From: an uncultured Parabacteroides sp.
GTDB taxonomy: Bacteria; Bacteroidota; Bacteroidia; Bacteroidales; UBA7332
Length of the DNA stretch: 64,000 nucleotides
Direction of reading: 5' to 3'
Assembly: GCA_964534355.1 (NCBI GenBank)
Contig: CAZHNZ010000001.1
Location: 28,059-92,058, forward strand
Positions 62,148 through 64,000 of this stretch are shown here, one piece after another. The notes beneath the pieces were generated by a model. It saw only the letters and a list, made by a program, of their open reading frames with translations. It searched no databases and was not told where the DNA came from. A program made the translations under genes and the position numbers. Positions within the stretch are counted from its first letter, which is position 1. The number at the start of each line of letters is the position of its first letter.

Positions 62148-63806
62148 ATGAAATCTAATCTGATAATTCTGTTTTTTGTTGCTTTGCCTCTGTGTTTAAT
62201 CGCGCAAAGCAAGAAAGCCACATTCGACTATTTCGAATACAACGGAAATGATAACTGTTTCGGGCAAAAAATCAATCCGAAAACAGAGTACCGCAATCCT
62301 ATTTTGCCTGGTATGTACCCCGATCCGAGCATTTGCCGACGGGGAAAGGATTATTTCCTGATCAATTCTACGTTCAGTTATTTCCCCGGAATTCCGATTT
62401 TTCATAGTACCGATTTGGTGAGTTGGAAGCAGATTGGGCATGTGCTCGACCGACCATCTCAGCTCAAACTGGATGGATTAGGCATGTCGGGTGGTGTATA
62501 TGCACCGGCTATTGAATACAATGAAAAGAATCAAACCTTCTACGTTATCAATACCGTTGTCGGTGGCATTGGCAACTTTATTGTAAAAACAAAAGATCCG
62601 TTTAAAGGGTGGAGCGAACCGATAAAATTACCCGAAGTAAAAGGTATTGATCCGTCTCTCTTTTTCGATAACGATGGAAAAAGCTACATCGTTTGCAGTC
62701 AGGCAAGTCCCGCGCCCAAGTGGAGCGGACATAGTGTTATCTGGATGCATGAGTTTGATACAGAGAATGATAAAGCCTCTGTCGAACGGCAGATTGTGGT
62801 AGATGGCGGACCTGATACGATAAATCATCCGCGCTGGCTGGAAGGTCCGCACATTTACAAAGAAAATGGATATTACTATTTAATGGCTGCAGAAGGCGGA
62901 ACGCAGTCGGGGCATAAAGAGGTGATATTCAGGAGTAAGAGTACGAAAGGCCCCTATGTGCAGGCCCCCAATAATCCGATACTAACGCAGCTCGGACTAC
63001 CGGTAGACCGCAAAGATAAGGTGACCAATGTTGGCCATGCCGATTTGGTGAAAACGGCCCGGGGAGAGTGGTTTTCTGTTTTTTTGGGTTGTCGTCCTTA
63101 TGCCGATGAGCAGTTTAATACCGGTCGGGAGACTTTTTTGCTTCCGGTGAAATGGGTGGATGGCTTTCCTGTGATTCTTGATAATGGAAAAAGCGTGCCA
63201 CCGGTGGTTTCCAAAAGTGGAATTACGTCTGGCGGCAATTCCCTGACAGGGAATTTTGTTTGGCGGGATGATTTTAATTCACCCGAATTGGGCATGAAGT
63301 GGAATACCATCCGTACACCCCGTGAACAGTGGTGGAAAATAGCTAACGGTAAAATAGAACTAGACGTTTTACCCCGAAGTCTGAGTCAGCTTGTTAATCC
63401 TGCTTTTCTGGGACGTCGTCAGCAACACCTTAATTTTGAGGCAACTACTTCGTTGAATTATACACCCGGGGCTGAAAAAGAATTCGCCGGACTGGCCTAT
63501 ATTCAGAATGAAAAGAACTATCTGTCGATAGGTAAAACGCTGATTTCAGGCAAGTTGATGGTGGTTTTGTACCGGGTAGAGAATGGCGCGAGCAAAGCCG
63601 TAGCTCAAAAAGAGCTATCTGCCGGTGGTGAATTGACTCTGCGTATCTCTGCCAAAGAGGGAGTCGCCTCGTTTTATTTTTACTCAAAAAATCAAAAGCC
63701 TGTTTTGTTGGCTGAAAATGTGGATATTACCCATTTGAGCACCAAAAAAGCAAAAGGCTTTATCGGCTCATACGTGGGAATGTATGCTACTTCTCTGGGG
63801 AATTAA
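62148..63806 (+). CDS. Glycoside hydrolase family 43 (beta-xylosidase/arabinofuranosidase-like)
   Basis: YPDPS, YAPAI, IDPSLF, EGPH, AEGGT, GHADL and GRET motifs; signal peptide. Confidence 0.94.
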   Translation: MKSNLIILFFVALPLCLIAQSKKATFDYFEYNGNDNCFGQKINPKTEYRNPILPGMYPDPSICRRGKDYFLINSTFSYFPGIPIFHSTDLVSWKQIGHVLDRPSQLKLDGLGMSGGVYAPAIEYNEKNQTFYVINTVVGGIGNFIVKTKDPFKGWSEPIKLPEVKGIDPSLFFDNDGKSYIVCSQASPAPKWSGHSVIWMHEFDTENDKASVERQIVVDGGPDTINHPRWLEGPHIYKENGYYYLMAAEGGTQSGHKEVIFRSKSTKGPYVQAPNNPILTQLGLPVDRKDKVTNVGHADLVKTARGEWFSVFLGCRPYADEQFNTGRETFLLPVKWVDGFPVILDNGKSVPPVVSKSGITSGGNSLTGNFVWRDDFNSPELGMKWNTIRTPREQWWKIANGKIELDVLPRSLSQLVNPAFLGRRQQHLNFEATTSLNYTPGAEKEFAGLAYIQNEKNYLSIGKTLISGKLMVVLYRVENGASKAVAQKELSAGGELTLRISAKEGVASFYFYSKNQKPVLLAENVDITHLSTKKAKGFIGSYVGMYATSLGN

Positions 63807-64000
63807 TTTCGGGAAATTTGAAGACATCACGCCCCCGGATATCAGATAAACGATAGCTTCTCAGGTATCCGTTTCCCTGAAAAATAACTGTGACGCCCAT
63901 AATTTCGCCAATACTTTGCTCATAGGAGTTAGAATATCTCTTTATATTATTTACAAAGATGGTAATCTGTTTGTTTCTGTTTTCGATACGTAGTTTTTGC

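Noticed and set aside
63807..64000. Weak inverted repeat (cggatatc/ggtatccg) and a 26-codon minus-strand ORF after the last GH43
   Set aside because: Large loop, no clear U tract, no coding support, and the context is cut off by the window edge.

Overview
Chromosomal window from a Bacteroidales bacterium; TAnnTTTG -7 promoter elements, SusC/SusD pairs and T9SS-type C-termini support this assignment. About 1-9 kb: arginine genes (argG start, GNAT, argR with ARG boxes), rnhB, an orphan two-gene Na+-decarboxylase membrane module (MadB-like beta subunit plus a small membrane protein), dnaG, serB and pgk. About 9-11.4 kb: a small accessory islet with an ORF6N-domain gene, a highly structured ~230-nt intergenic element with mutually exclusive pairings, and a compositionally mosaic secreted-protein gene. 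11.5-15.3 kb: kdgK-eda-exuT hexuronate genes and DUF3467. 15.5-33.5 kb: the str-S10-spc-alpha ribosomal superoperon; rpmD and rpmJ are absent from the ORF track and were found by hand. 33.6-39 kb: psd, pssA, tadA, gap, phoH and other housekeeping genes. 39-64 kb: a LacI-regulated polysaccharide utilization locus with a Na+:solute symporter, a cytoplasmic FAD oxidoreductase, tandem susC/susD pairs, a lipoprotein, a secreted beta-helix protein, one GH2 and two GH43. It is marked by three pairs of TGTAAACGTTTACA operators. I saw no rRNA, tRNA, CRISPR array, integrase or transposase. All calls come from reading motifs by eye; no searches were run.
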